A stretch of 64,000 nucleotides of DNA. Origin: Amoebidium appalachense (Eukaryota; Protista; Ichthyosporea). How positions within the stretch are numbered: the stretch's first letter is position 1; each line of letters opens with the position of its first letter. Position numbers and translations under genes: made by a program. The stretch lies in NCBI GenBank assembly GCA_963693365.1, contig CAVNZM010000012.1:124001-188000 (forward strand). The letters are read 5' to 3'. The notes under the pieces are model-generated. The model was given only the letters and a program-made list of their open reading frames with translations, was not told where the DNA came from and ran no database searches. Positions 1 to 14,570 of the stretch are shown in pieces.

Positions 1-335
1 GCAAGTGTCCTGTGTTTGTGTGTGTGTAGAGGGGGGGGGGGGGGACTAACCGGCTTTGATTAATGCTGGTTGTGGAAACGAGGGGTAGAAAGGTGGGGTG
101 GGGGGGGGGATGAGGTTTTATCTCCTGAAAAGACAGTGGCACTCAGGCGATGCATGCATGTGTGCCTCAAGGATGGTGTGGTGGTGGGTGGGGTGTGTCG
201 GGTGCCTACACTCACGCTTTTCATGGATACACACGCGCACACAGTGCTTTCTCTACCACACCACGATCATTTCATCGCCACGACCTGTCCAGCTCTGCTC
301 TTGTTTTTACGCACACAATCACTCACACACACAAG

Positions 336-517
336 GTATGGGAGGAACCCAGGTATGGGAACGAATCTGGTGTTGGGGGGGGGGGGGGGGCACTCGTGTT
401 TGTTTTGGAGAGGGAGGATTGGGTCATGTGGACAGGACAATGTATTTGTCTTCCGTGTCAATGCTGACTGCCTACTCCCCCACAGATCCACGGTTTCTAA
501 ATGCAACGCTAAGCTAA
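336..517 (+). CDS. Possible last two exons of a gene entering from the left (336-369, 486-517); product unknown
   Basis: AG/GT boundaries are phase-compatible and give VWEEPRYGNES-D-PRFLNATLS*. AATAAA lies near 609. No recognisable domain. Confidence 0.25.
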
Positions 518-2590
518 GCATGCTACTGCCCGCTTGGCCCGTGCCGGCCAGGTGACCATGCGGGGCCCAGCCGCATGCCCCCACTACGTATGAACCTGTT
601 ATCCCGCCAAATAAATAATAGCGCACTATGGCGCATCTGTACATGTACTCACCTGTCTACCAATTAGTACATGACGCAACTGTGTTCATGGTTGGCTCCC
701 AAGGTGTGTTTTTGGATGACCTGGACTCCTGAGTCCTGGCTTCTGATCACTTGCATGGGGTGTGACGTGTAGGTGTATGTTTTTTTTGTTTTTTTTCGTG
801 GGGGGGGGGGGATTACATTCAGTTGTGTTTGGGGGGGTTTTTTGGGGGGGGGGGGGTCGTGCAGATGTGGTTTTCTTGGGGGGGGGGGGGGGGGGAGTGC
901 ATTTGTGGTTGTTCTTTTGTGTGTGGGGTGGAGGGGGAGGAGGTGTTGATGTTTTTCTTGTGTGTGTGTCGGAGGTTGTGTGTGTGTGTGTAGGAGAGGG
1001 GAGGGGGTCAATGTGGTTTTTCTGTGTCTTTTTGTGCGCCGTGTGGGTTTTTTGGTGGTGTGTGTGTGTGGGGGGGAGGGGGGGCTGTGTTTGGTGTGAG
1101 GGGCCTGGGCCACCCAAGTGGTGCTGAGAAAGCAATTGCTGTGGACTGGCTGCTATGGGCATGTGGGAGGGGAATATTAATTCAGCGCACGCGTGAGCTG
1201 CTTGGTGTGTTCATGGTGTGCGTGCCATTGCACTGTGAATAAGCCATCTGCACCATTACATGGGCCGCCACACGGAAAGAAACAGCCACCACCCTGGTCT
1301 GCCACTGAATGAGCTGTCAACGACAAAAGGTGGGGCTACTTGCTGGCCATGGCATCAATGGGCTCAATACACTTGTACATGTGCACACCTCCGCAATCGT
1401 GCCACCGTGATCGATCATGAAGCTGAATCTATTGCAGCCTATTATAGTCTATTTGCATTTACTTTAAATTTGAGTCACCGTGGTGGTGGTAACGTTTGGC
1501 ATGGCATGGCCCCCATCATATGCATAAAACTGCACGTGCGCGTGGCTGATTCAGAGGCCCGACCAGGACTAGTCGTCGTGTCCATATTAATACTATTGTG
1601 TGCGTAATTGTTTTCCCACCAAGTTACGCGTACGATCACCTCAAGGAGCAAAACTTTGACAGCGGATATTCCTACTTTTTTTAGTAGATTATAAACTATG
1701 GTATCTTCTTTTTTCGCTGCAAAATCTCCTTGAATCCCTCCCCCCTTCCCCCCCCCCCCCCCCCCCCCCCCCCCACCCACCCACCCACCCACCCACACAA
1801 GTGTACACCCATGTTCGTGGCAACACCACCACCACACATGTGAAAACACATGTACACACACGCCGCGGCAAGGTGTATTGCAAGGGCAGCTTCCCCATAT
1901 CCTTCCCCCCCCCCCCCCCCCCCCCAAATCGGATCCCCCCCCATTCACACCCCGCGTTATCGATATCCTCCCATACCTGACCCCGTCCCTCTCCCTCCCC
2001 CCAACCCCCTCCCGGCCCTTCACCGAGTTCAGCCCCCTCGTACCATCCCCGATCACCACCTCTAGGTCGGGCCTTTTCAAAAGCCTCCTGTGCCACATGT
2101 GTGCGTGCACCAATTCAAATCCCTCCTCCTCACTGAATCAAACATCTTCAACTTGCATCATGATCACCACCAGCATTTGATACACCGCCAGGCTGCATGC
2201 CCCCCCCCCCCCCCCCCCCCTCCTCCCCCCCCCCCCACCCCCACCCCGCCCGCCCCCGTCCCCACCCCTCCCGCATTCAAGTCTGCACCACATGCACAGA
2301 CCTTCACACGTTGCATGGCCATGGCTCACCAACGAGTGCCTCCTTTGCCTGCCGGCATTATAGCATCGCGATTTGCAAGCGTAGAATAGAACTCCTGCCC
2401 TCCCCCATAACGCTTCGGAACCTCGTTCCTGATTATGTACCTCGCTACTAGCCAAGTATTTCGTTACTAGCTATGGGCCACAAGTTGCCCATAGAGGGCT
2501 CGGGAGGGGGATCGGGTGATCTGGTGGTGGGATAGAGAAGGAATTAAGGGGGGGGAGTGGGGGGGCGGAGGGGGGGAGGGAGGAGGGGGT

Positions 2591-2624
<34 letters not shown>

Positions 2625-2679
2625 TGGGGAGAGTTGGTGGTGGACCACTGGTAGTGGTGGGGTGGGATAGGGGGTGGGG

Positions 2680-2722
<43 letters not shown>

Positions 2723-3169
2723 TTTCAACGTGTTGCAAAGCCTAATTATGGTGAGTGGTGACCCAGTCACCCAACAGGACCCCAGTAGGCCCCGTGTCTT
2801 TACCGCCCCTGCATAGCTATCTAACCAATAAATGTTGCATACCTAACCAATAATATGTGCTTCTAGCGGGTGGGTGGCTGCCAGAGAGAGCCCAGACCAG
2901 CCGCAGCGTCTCACAGCCCCCACCAACATGGAAATATACATGCCTCATATATTCCCATATCAGGAATACGGCCCAACACTACCACCCAATGAACGAAAAC
3001 AAAACATGTGCATACCACTAACAGGGCTAGCACCAATGGGGTCGGTTGCCCCACATTCCAGTCCATACATAAGATAATTCGTACATGGTGCACGGCCACA
3101 GGCCTAATGCTGCGCGTACACTTGCCTTTCCCACCCAATCAACGCACCCTTTCTCCAAAAAAAGAGCAC

Positions 3170-5111
3170 TCATGCACACAGTGGTGCTGGCTGGATTTCG
3201 AACGACTGCGGGTGCTGTGGAGGCAAAAGCAACCCATTCTGCGGTGAGGATCCAGCCAGCGCCGCCTTGTGCTCCAATGGGTGGGCCTGGTGCTTGCTGA
3301 TCGCAACAGGCGCCGTTGCTGATTGGCTAATCTCCTCCGTGCCGCGGACCTTATCCAGTGTCGATTGGACCAATCGTCGCAGCTCCGGGGCCGTGACTCT
3401 TCTAGCGGGGTCCACACACAAGATCTTCTGTAGCAGGAACATGCTCTGGGGGCTGACGTGGTGCCAGGGATAGCGGTAGGCGTAGTCCTTGTTAAGATAC
3501 TGCATGTACTCGGGGGACTTGTCGGGGTTGGCTACCGCCCAGGGGAACCGACCTGTCACTGTTTGGGGGGGAGAGAGGTGTGAGGGGATGGTTCAAGTCA
3601 CCCAAAGGAGAGAAAAAAGCGCACATGCTGCCACAGTTGAAAGGGTGGGTGGGGGACAAGGTGGGGAGTGGCGAGGGAAGGAAGCCGGGGAAATAGGGAA
3701 GGGAAGGGAGAATAAACGGGGGATGGGAAATTCATCTAATATGTGGAGGGGCCGGGGCTTTTCAGAGGGTTGTACAAACGGCTACTTGTGGAGGTGAAAT
3801 AGTAAAAGAGATGGGCATGCTTGACAGCAGACCTCGTCTCAGGCTTGTTTCTATTTGTCATGGTTGGTGGTGGTGGTGTGGTGGTGGTGGTGGACAAGGG
3901 GAGGGGGGTGGCAGTGGGGGAGGGGGAGAGGCGGGGAGGGGGTGGGTGGGTGGGTGGGTGCCCGTGGGTGGGGGGAGGGGGGGTTTCCAGGGGAGGGGGG
4001 GGGGGTTAGGGGGCACGTACGCAGGGTGAAGTAGACAACACCCACGGCCCACATGTCGATGGCCTTAAGGTCCCAGTGCTTGGCATCCTCGGGGTCCCCA
4101 AACATCTCCTGTAGAATGAGGGGGTGCACGTAAACATACTGGATGGAAGATGCGTGGTTGTGTTTTCTTCTTCCCCTTAAAAATCCATGAGAGAGAAAAA
4201 TGTGTGCAGAGGAAGGATGCCGAGTTTCTGTGTGCATTCGTCCTTTGTGCTTGCACGGCTATGCTTGTGCGTACATTGTTTGATTGTTCTCTTTTGGTTT
4301 TGAGGGGTCAAAGGGGGAGGGAGGAAGGGAGGGAGGAAGGGAGGGTAGGGGAAGGGGGAGGGGGGGGGAAGAGAGCGAGAGGAGGGTATCGTACCGGTGC
4401 CATATACGGAATGGTGCCAGCTGGGGTGGGTGGTCCACTGATTGACGAGGCAGCGCCAAAGTCGATGATTTTGAGCGAACCATCCGTGTCGCACACACAG
4501 TTTTCTGGCTTGATGTCTCGATGCACTACCCCCCGTGCGTGCATGTACGCCACCCCCCCTACTATCTGCTCGAGATAAGTCAGCGCCTGCACCTCTCTGC
4601 ACCCCTCGTTGGGGGGTACTAAGTCGAATAGATCCCCCCCGCCCAGATATTCTTGCACGAGCACAAAGTGGTAGGGAGTTTCTATGACATCATACAGGCG
4701 GCATATGTTGCGATGTGAGAGTTGGCGATGAACTGAGACCTCCCTGTGCAGATAACGCATGAAGCCCTTTGGTTTCTTCATGATCTTGAGTGCGACATGC
4801 TTGTCTGTATTGTGGTGGTATGCTAGCTGCACCTTGGCTGTTGACCCGACGTTAATTGTGCGTATGATTGTGTATTCCTGTGCTGCCGACGCTGAGCGAT
4901 ATGTTGACTCGAATGAGCGGTTGACATCTACCACGGAGCGCACATCTTCATCGCTACTGCTGCTGTCTATGTCTATGGTCGCTAGCTCGGACGGTAGCCG
5001 TGACGCGTCTGCACGTATGGATTGTTGGCGCGGTGTAGGGGACTTGATCTTTGCGCTTCCATCGTCCCCCACCAGCCCGCCAAACACTTTGGATTTCAAT
5101 ACTTTCAGCAT
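3170..5111 (-). CDS. Ser/Thr protein kinase (CAMK-like; Ran1/Pat1- or SBK-like). Exons 5111-4395, 4108-4021, 3558-3170
   Basis: Motifs VALK, HRDIKPEN, DFG, GTIPYMAP|E, DMWAVGV and TGRFPW. GT-AG introns join the exons in frame. Confidence 0.93.
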
Positions 5112-7578
5112 TGTGTATGTCTGTGTGTTCGTTTCTGGTATGCTTGCGGTGAGAGATAAAACCGTCGGCGGGGCACGACGAGCTTATTGTTATCTGCCCA
5201 TATGATGATACAAAATAACTGAATTGCCGAAGTAAAGTTGACGTAAAGACGGTTTGGTGGATGTGTTCAGGTGTCTGCGCTTATGTGTGTGTGCATGTAT
5301 GTGTGCGTTTGTTCGGTTCTTGAGCGACGTTACGAACCCAAAAGCACGGTGCAAGAGAAGCACCCTGTATTCTGTTCCCCTAAGCTAAAGCAAACGTCTA
5401 ACAGTTATACATCCACAAACTTCACTTCCGATATGAATAGTTTGTTATCAGCGTGAAAACGATGAAACGGTGAAAAAGGCGAAACGTTTAAGCGGTGGTG
5501 GGGACGTCAGCAACACAGAGCCTGACAAGTCAGAATGGGGTCGGTCGGCTGTTTTATATGCGCTCAACTTCAAAGTCCATAAAGCTGTGATTGGTTCAAG
5601 CCGCTTTACTTGTGGCTATGTTTATGCATGATAATTGACGAATCCAAAACGTCATTGTAGACTCCGCGAACCGCATATATGTACCTTAGGATCTGGTAGG
5701 TCTTATAAAAAAACATAAAGCCTGCACAAAGTATTTTATTTCATAAATTTTCTATACGTACTTGTGCTATAGAGATAAGTGTAGCAGCATCCTTACTTGA
5801 TAAGCAACATGCAACAAGATAGGAATACAAGTTCACAAAAACAAGGCACCAGCCAATCAGACATTTTTAACACTTTTTGCTTTTCCGTTCCATGGGTGAA
5901 ATCTTGTGACCAATCAGCAATGGGTTCGTTGTAGCCCTGTTTCGAAGCGGACCCTTTGGCAGCCTACAAAGTGGTTAAAAAAACGCATATCCTCTACCAA
6001 AGCGGTTTGTAAGCAGATTTCAACATGCATATAATTCCATAATTTACATAGTTAAGGGTTATATGCAATGATCTTTTTTTAAACTTGTGTTGGGGAGACC
6101 ACGATAGAGTCCAAACGCGTGGTTAGTGAAGTCACTCCCTGAGTCCCTGGTCAAACCTGGACGGCGTTGATTGGTCCCTTTTCAACACCTGCATTCCAAC
6201 TGGTAAATCTAATCGCTGCACTTCCGGTCACTTTATAAGTAATATTCCAAATAATTGTTAGTTCTCTTTCGTTATAAACCTATGCAATAAATGTATATAA
6301 AATGTTTTTTATCACTGTATGTTGTTAAATAAGTCACTGCGACTGCCAGCCAAGATAAGCTGAATTTCCCAAATTCCCACGTATGCGCCATCCGTTTGTT
6401 ATCACATTCCTTTCCATATATGGGGTGGATAAACTTTTACTCAATGCCTCGAGCTAATATGATTGGCTGCCAGCCCTAATGACAGGAATGCGATTTTCGC
6501 ATGGGCGCGCAGCACACAACCGTTGCAGTATTAGTGTCCCCATTACCAGCTAATATGCTACAGCGACAGACGTATTGATGTATTATGATATGTAAAATTA
6601 GCTTGCATATTATGCACACTATTTTTGAAGATGGCAGAGTAGTAGCCATAGGTCTGGCCCGGTTATCCTATGGCCCTACAACAGTAAAAGATTCAGGTAG
6701 GCTGGCGTCGTCTGACATGCAGATCTATGGTGCCGTGATATCCAATAAGAGCAGCTCACTGATGTCGATCCAGCCAACCAGAATACGGCGATGCCCTTAG
6801 GACGAGTCATAAGCGTGAAGCTTACGTAACGACGTACAGAACACCACAGGATACCGATTCAACGGCGACTTCGAGTCAACTGCGCAGGAGGAGGGGAGGG
6901 GAGGGGGGGAGGGGGGAGGGGGGGGGGGGGGAGGCGGGGGGGACGAAGGGGACGGGATCGGAAGGTGGAGTGTGCGTGCGTGTGCGCACGTGTGTGCTCG
7001 CGCATGTGTGCACGGCCGGTGGTGTGCGTGTGCGTGATACTGTGCGTGTTCTTTGAAGTCGAACGTAAGGATGCTTATGAGACAGCCCGAAAGTAATCAA
7101 GAGTACGCGAGATCATTATTGCTTGGCACCATCGCCTGTTCAAGTCTTGTCGTGTGACTTGCTTGAGACTCTTCTCAACCGCAACAGGTTGCAACCTCCC
7201 CCAACTCCCCCGCCACCTTCCCCCCCAAACACAGACACACACAAGCACGCACAAAATGAGCCACGTGCACCACCCACTCCGTCGGTCCTCCTGGAACCCC
7301 CCTCCCCCTCCCCCCCCCCCCCTCCCCTCCGGGTTCCCCTCCCCGCTTCCCTCCGCCTCAGTCACTCTTATAAATAATGGCCATGGCGACAAATAAGACC
7401 CCATGCCAAAAAACTCGAATCCTTAAATACTGGCACATACGCGCAAAGAGTGTCCACCCAAAGATTATGATATATATGGGGTTCCAAAAACCTCCCTCCC
7501 TCCCCCCCCTCCTCCCCCCCCCCCCCCCCCCCCCAAAAAAAAGGGGGGGGGGGGGGGAGAACATCCCATCAGCACAAC

Positions 7579-8130
7579 CTACTTAAGGGCCAGCACCTCC
7601 TCCACCGTCACCACACTGCCCTCTCCAAAGTGCATCCTTGTCCTCTGCAGTGCCTCCATGTGCGCCTGTGCCCCCGTCACAGACGACACAGCACCCTCCA
7701 CCACCCTCACGGTGTATCCCAGGTAGAAAGCGTCAAGGGCAGTGGCAAACACACAGTAGTCCGTGTTTATCCCGGATATGCACACCTCCCCGACACCGTG
7801 TTCCTTCAGTATGTCGTGCAGTCTGCTTGAGGTGAAACAAGAGTAGTTGTACTTCTCCACAAACATCAACCCCAGTCCTTTCAGTTCGGGAATGAGCTCT
7901 GCCCCGGGGGTATCTGCGTGGCCCACGTCAGGGTAGACCCTCCAAAGGGTGGTCTGTTTGAAGTCACTGATCCACAGCCTGCTGTCTATGATGAGGTGGA
8001 AGGCAGGGCACTTACACAGGGCCTGTATGTTGGCGACTGTTTGGGCCCTATGGAGGCTCAGGTTGGCCACCTGCTCCACGGTCATGTCCACTACAAGGAG
8101 TGCACGGCGGGTACCGGTAAGAGAGGACAT
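7579..8130 (-). CDS. Isochorismatase-like cysteine hydrolase, intronless, ~183 aa from ATG at 8130
   Basis: RALLVVD (Asp), VEKYNYSCF (Lys) and GINTDYCVFATALDA (Cys) form the catalytic triad of the family. Confidence 0.9.
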   Translation of the reverse strand: MSSLTGTRRALLVVDMTVEQVANLSLHRAQTVANIQALCKCPAFHLIIDSRLWISDFKQTTLWRVYPDVGHADTPGAELIPELKGLGLMFVEKYNYSCFTSSRLHDILKEHGVGEVCISGINTDYCVFATALDAFYLGYTVRVVEGAVSSVTGAQAHMEALQRTRMHFGEGSVVTVEEVLALK

Positions 8131-8530
8131 GGTGAAGAGGGGCAGGCGCAGATGTTGTGGATGCAAGCGGACAGGCACACTTCCAGAGACAACTGAGTTG
8201 CGGTGGTTGTAGAGACCAAACTTTCGAGCGAGCGTGTCGGGGTCGGGGTAGGCCAGGTTGTGCCTCCATTTATGAGGGGGAAAAAAAAAAAAGAAAAAAA
8301 AAAAAGAAGGGAAAATCGGAGACTCTCCCGGCCTTTGAGAGCCGGAACCAACTGACAGACTGACCATGGCCAAAGAACGGCTCACAATGACGTCACCCGT
8401 GGCTCAATGCAACAGCCAATCAGAATCGGCCGATCGGATCAACCCCCCCCCCCCCCCCCCCCCCAAAAAAAAGGGATCCCACACACGCAACCGGCCTACA
8501 CCTTACACACAACCGACGGCACACACACGT

Positions 8531-8587
<57 letters not shown>

Positions 8588-9068
8588 CTCACACTCACCC
8601 ACAGCCACAACCCTGGACCCCTCAACCAAAAACAAAACCAAAGAAAAACAAAAAAACACACACATGGTTTGAAAGAAAAGAGTATACTCGGCACCCAACC
8701 AAGTGACCACTTCAGGCACACACAGGCTGGCATCGTTTATCGCTTGTATTTTGGCCGGGGCAGGGTACCGGCCCCACCCCACCACCAACTATTAGCCTTA
8801 ACACCTGGTGTGAGTCGGCAGGCTCAGGTGGGGGACTCGAAATCACACCACCAACACACTGCAACCACACCAAGGCAACCTTATGTTCACTCCTTAAATT
8901 TAAAGACATGTCACATTCTTTTCATTGTGTTGAATCGGGGAGCTTGGAGTACGGGTCATAAATGTTGCTGGCACAGGCGGCGTGTGGCCCAGTAGAGGAA
9001 GAAAATATACACTTTCACTACCATGTTAACCTTTGACAAACCCTAGCCAGTGGAACGCTTAACATAGT

Positions 9069-9331
9069 TTACTTTGTAGTGAAGCCGCCATAGATGACCT
9101 TAAGTGTGTTGGGGTCGATACGGTATGCCGTGGTGGGTGTGGCATTAACGGTGGTGGTCATCTGCGAAAGAGTGAAGCGCACGGCTCCACAGTTCACCAT
9201 CTTCTTGTTCTTGGCATCGTGGTTAAAAGTGAAGGGGAGGAACGTGCGGAAGAATTCGCGGAAGTAGAGGGAGTGTCCGCCCCCAACAATGATGGTTTGC
9301 TCCTTGCGCTCAAAGCAGAAGTCGCAGAAGG

Positions 9332-9411
<80 letters not shown>

Positions 9412-9522
9412 GGGGGGGCTGTTAGTTACAGAGTAAGAAGTAGGCACACACGACAGACAACGCAAGGCAGATCTTGCAGAAGTGCAGAGGGGATAACTGT
9501 ATGTAGTGTTTGCGAGCACAAA

Positions 9523-9567
<45 letters not shown>

Positions 9568-10260
9568 GAGGGGGGAGTATACACGTATATGAGTGTGTGC
9601 ACGCCCACACACACATGTGTATATATAACAGTGCGCATAAGGTAGGGAGCAGAGGGGCGGTGTGTGGATGTGTGGTTATGTATGCGCGTGAAACAGAAGG
9701 GGGCAGGGGGGGTGGGAAGGGAGGGAGGGCTTATGAGGGTGTGCACATGTCTGTGTGCATCGGGGAGGGGGGTGGGGTCATGGATTTGTGGGTAGTTGAT
9801 TGACCGCACACATAGGGATGTGGGTTTGTTTCAAGCATTTTGCCTACGTGTGGGTAAGCACATGTGCGCAAATGTACACCAGAGTGTCCGTGTATGTGTG
9901 TGCCTGTGTCTCACAGTGTGTGGGTGTGCAGGGGTTAGCGTCTGGGGTTTCCTAGAACATCACCCCGGGGACACCTATAATCCCCAGCCTAAAAACAAAC
10001 ATGCAACACAGACAGACATGCACCCAACCAAAAAAACCAAAATGTCACACAACAACCTGTGCCCACAGTCCTGGCACCGGGGAGAGTCACAGAACAGGGG
10101 AGATGGGGAGGGGGGAAGGAAAGATGGGGAATGTGGATGCAACTGTGTGCAGTTTGGAGACTAATGTGAAAAACAAGGGGGGGGGGGGGGGGGGGTTTGT
10201 GAGCCAGCCACGGAAGCCAAAGAGTGTGTGCCTACGGCACTCACAGCTCAAACCCTGCCC

Positions 10261-10294
<34 letters not shown>

Positions 10295-10512
10295 CCCCAC
10301 CCACCCCACCCCGCTGCCACCACACAGCACACTGCCCCGTCTCTCCCCCCTCCCCCCCCCCCCCCCAATTTCGCACCATGACGAGATTGGACAACCCTCC
10401 CTTCCCCATCCCCCAAGCATGTCTAAAGTGGTGTGTGTGTGTGTGTGTGTGTATTGAATCAAAATCTATAACAACCGAATCCCCCCCCCCCCCCCCCCAC
10501 ACACACACACAT

Positions 10513-10545
<33 letters not shown>

Positions 10546-11052
10546 TTCACACACGCAAGCACAATTAACAGCCACCGAGACCAACCACCACTCCCATTAC
10601 AGCCAGCCATCTTACCCCTCGTACCCCCCCCCCCCCCCCTCTCCCCCCCACACCACAGCCCAGACATGTCCTGTCCCCAATGCCCTCCTCCCCCCCCCCC
10701 CCAACCCTCCCCCTGCCCACCACCCCAGTGATCTCTCTCTCACACAGCCATCTCTCACCTTCATCCTGGCCATGCCGTTGCTCTTCATGACACTCTTAGT
10801 GCCGTAGTTGTACTGTGTGTCGTAGACTGTCTCGGCATCAAACCCAGCCCAGAGGTGCTGCACGTGCAGTCAGCATGGGGGGAGAGGGACAGGCACACTG
10901 CCCTGCATGCACCACACACAGACAGGCACACTGCCCTGCATGCACCACACAGACAGACACAGACAGGCACACTGCCCTGCATGCACCACACAGACAGGCA
11001 CAAACGGACACACTGCCCTGCTCAAGATACCCCCTGCTTTCACTAACCGTTT

Positions 11053-11089
<37 letters not shown>

Positions 11090-11249
11090 ACCCACCACCA
11101 GAGACACCCACACATGCATATACACACATACCCTTGCTCCCCCCCCCCCCCCGGAGCTCCCCCCCCTTCCCCAAAGAAAGAAAGAAATTCACCCCCCCCC
11201 CCCCCCCAAACTCTACCCGGCCAATCCCCCCTCCCCCTCCTCCCCCTCC

Positions 11250-11281
<32 letters not shown>

Positions 11282-12723
11282 ACTTCGGTCCTCCCCTTGC
11301 CCCCCTGCCCCCCTCAAAACACACACACAAAAAAAAAAACATCAATCCTCCCCTTACAACCCCTCCCACTTACACACACCCACACGCACCTTCTCCAGGC
11401 CGTGCATATCCGGCACCGTGTGGGGCAGTGCCAGGGCTATAGTGTCGACATTCCTGCTGATCTCTTGTAGGGCAGACAGGATCAAAAGCTTCTCGCTGGT
11501 GCGCTGAAGACGGTCCTGAAGAACAAGCCTGCATGCATGCGTCAGTAGGGGGTGGAAAATAGTTGGGGACTCTGCACGTAATTAGGTTACTTCACCAAGT
11601 GGGGGGTGGGGTGGGGGGAGGGGGGGGGGGGGGGGGGGGGGTGTAAAGAATGTGTTATAGAGAACGAAGTATAAATCCATAGCGAACAACATAATGCAGA
11701 GTGCAAACCACACAAAGAGCATGCATAATAAGGAATGGGGGCGGGGGGAGGGGGGGAAGATGATTGTTTTGTGTGGGAAATTCGAATTGATCGACTGTCA
11801 TATTACAAGCTGACAGCCAGGACCAAGATGCACAACAACTATAGGGCAAAGATTTGGGGGAGGTGGGGTGTGGTGGTGGTGGTGGTGTGTGTGTGGGTGG
11901 GTGTATGTGTGCGTGTTGGAGTGGGGTGGGGTGGGATTTGGAGGGACCGGGGGGGGGAAGGGAGGGAGGGAGGGGGGGGGGGGGGTTTGCATGCGTCATA
12001 AAGTATGAAGTACACAAGAACAAACGGATAACACGATGCAGAATGCAAGCCATACATAAAGAGTATGCATAATAAGCAGAGCCCATCCTCAGGGGGGCCC
12101 ACGTCATCCACAGTACCCGAGCTTCGACCTATTCACCTCGTTAACGAAACCCAACTCAGATACTGTTTCACTTGAACATGGGTAGGTCACCCGTCTTGAT
12201 CAAAGACGAGCAGGGTTGCTTATGCAGGCAAGGGCAGTGGGAAAGGCCGGGGTTAAAGTTGCAGCAGTAAGCAGAAGCAAGAAAAATATAGATAGGAACT
12301 CAGGAGACGGGGCTTCTGGGAAGTTCCCCCGTCGCTACCTAAGTCGATACTTCCCAGGGGGGAGGGGGGGGGGGGGGGGGAGGGAGTGGGGTAGGGCACA
12401 TGGGCTCATGGGTTTATGGCCATTGAAAAGGGGGTAAAGGGTAGGTGTGCATGTTTGCACGTGCAGCAGCAAGCAGGCAGAAGCACGTGCACCTACGTGG
12501 CTGTTGCAATTGCCCTGCGCAGGTTGGCGGCCACCAGCAGACTCTTCTCCTTCTCCGTGTCCCTCTGCCCGTTGATGATGGCCTTGCCCTCGTCGTCCAG
12601 CTGCACACACACTACACTCAGTGACCTACCCCCCCCCCCCCCCCCCCCCCCCCCCCACACACACATACCAATGACCTTCAATCCCCACAATCACTTCTCA
12701 CCCTTTGCTGCTTCGTTATCCCC

Positions 12724-12762
<39 letters not shown>

Positions 12763-12895
12763 ACACACACACCTTTCTGCTCCGCTTCGATGTTTCGTTG
12801 CCTCCCCCCCCCCCCCCCCCCCCCCACCCCCCACCCCCTTTCCCGCTCCCCCTGCCGCCCGCCTCTCTTTGAACTTTTTCGCTGCTTCGTCCCAT

Positions 12896-12930
<35 letters not shown>

Positions 12931-13401
12931 ACTCCCACCCAAACACCCACCCACCCGCTTAGCAACAAACCGTTTGAACTCAAGAGCCCGACCACCCATG
13001 CACGTGCAAGGAGTGGGAATGGAGGGGAGGAGGTTGGCTGGAGATAGCACACAGGGAGCATCACACACCCCCAAGACAAGAAGAGGGATCCTCAACCGAA
13101 CAAGCAAGATACATGGCTACACAGAGCACACCCGGCAATAAGTACCAGGAGGGCAACGCAAAAACACGTGGATAAAGAGCACATAACATGTCTTACGTGA
13201 CAGAATGCATGACCATTTTTCAAAGGTCCGCCCATGTGTGTGCACGTGTTCCCATAGGTGTGGGCATGTGAATTTGTTGGTGCTGTGAAGGTAAACGTGG
13301 AGCAGGTGGTGTTTGGAAAGAAGAGGGAGGGAGGGAGGAGACGGGAGCGGAAGGCAGGAGCAGGGGGAAGTGGTGTGGTGCGTGTGTGTGTGTGTATGTG
13401 T

Positions 13402-13432
<31 letters not shown>

Positions 13433-14527
13433 GGGGGGGAGGGGCACCTTTTCGTCGAAAGGTTTGGCCAGAAAATCCTGAAGCTCCTTGGCCTGCCGCA
13501 TGCCCAGCTCACTGGAAGGGGGGGGGGGGGGGGGGGAGGGGGGGGGGGGGAAGAGTGGGGTTTGTGTTAACGGCCAGGACTAACCCTCAGGGTGGTGTCG
13601 AGGGTTGTAATAAGGAGTTGAAGGGAGTTGGAAGAGGAGCGAGGGGCAGCCTAGCGTGGAAGAAGAAAGAAGTGGGGGGGCTGTCTGGCTGCCTTGCTCA
13701 GAGAAAGAGAGTGAAAGTACCAGAGAGGCTGGAAAAAAAAAGTTATCAGCCGAGTCGGGGAAAAATAGGACAAGCAAGCTGCCGGCATGGTGCTGTGTTA
13801 CAACGGCACCTGGTTGTGTTTCTGTGCCTACTTGACTCCCGAGAGTGCGTGCATGTGTTGAAATCGGGCAGACAGCTAAACTGCCCCGGGTGTGAGGGGA
13901 ACTGGCAGGTGGCAGGGTGGTGGGGTGTGGGGTTGGGTGTGTGTGTATGTGTTTTGTTCGGGGGAGGTGAAGGGGGGGAGGGTGGGGAGACGCTGAGGAA
14001 CAGGAGGGCATAAGTGAGAGAAGCACTGTGTCACTGTGGTGCAGGTGGGATGAGTGGGTGCCCAAGCCCTGCCAAACCCACCTGAGGGGAGAGTCGAAGA
14101 ACAGCGAGTCCCTCGTAATGAGGTACATGCCCTCCCTGGCCAGGGCCTTGACCAGCCGCACAATAAAGCTCGGCCCAAACCCGCGGTTGAACACCTGTAA
14201 AGCAAGTGAACTCAGAAACAGTTGCAGCCCCCCCCCCCCCCCCCCCCCCCCGCCCCCCCGCCCCCCCCCTCCCCTCCCCCCTCCCCTGTACGCGTACTTC
14301 GTACCGTGTTCCGCAATCAAACCCCCCCCCCCCCCCCCCCCCCCCCCTCCCCCCCGGCACATACCCACACACTCTCTTTAGTCCACCTAGCCCATGAAAT
14401 CTGTCTGGCTTTGCTGCTATATTATAACCGCTCTTACTCATGACAAAAATAGCAGAGCCAAACCCTACAGAAGCCACACGCACCCGATTCTACGCACGCT
14501 GGTTCGCAAAAAAGTAACAAGAGCCCG

Positions 14528-14570
<43 letters not shown>

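Noticed and set aside
664-2460. Additional minus-strand gene or decayed element
   Set aside because: Complex-sequence patches exist, but I could not assemble consistent exons or recognise any motif.
8131-8385. N-terminal extension of the isochorismatase ORF shown in the ORF track
   Set aside because: It crosses a poly-T tract and has no family similarity. The ATG at 8130 directly precedes the domain.
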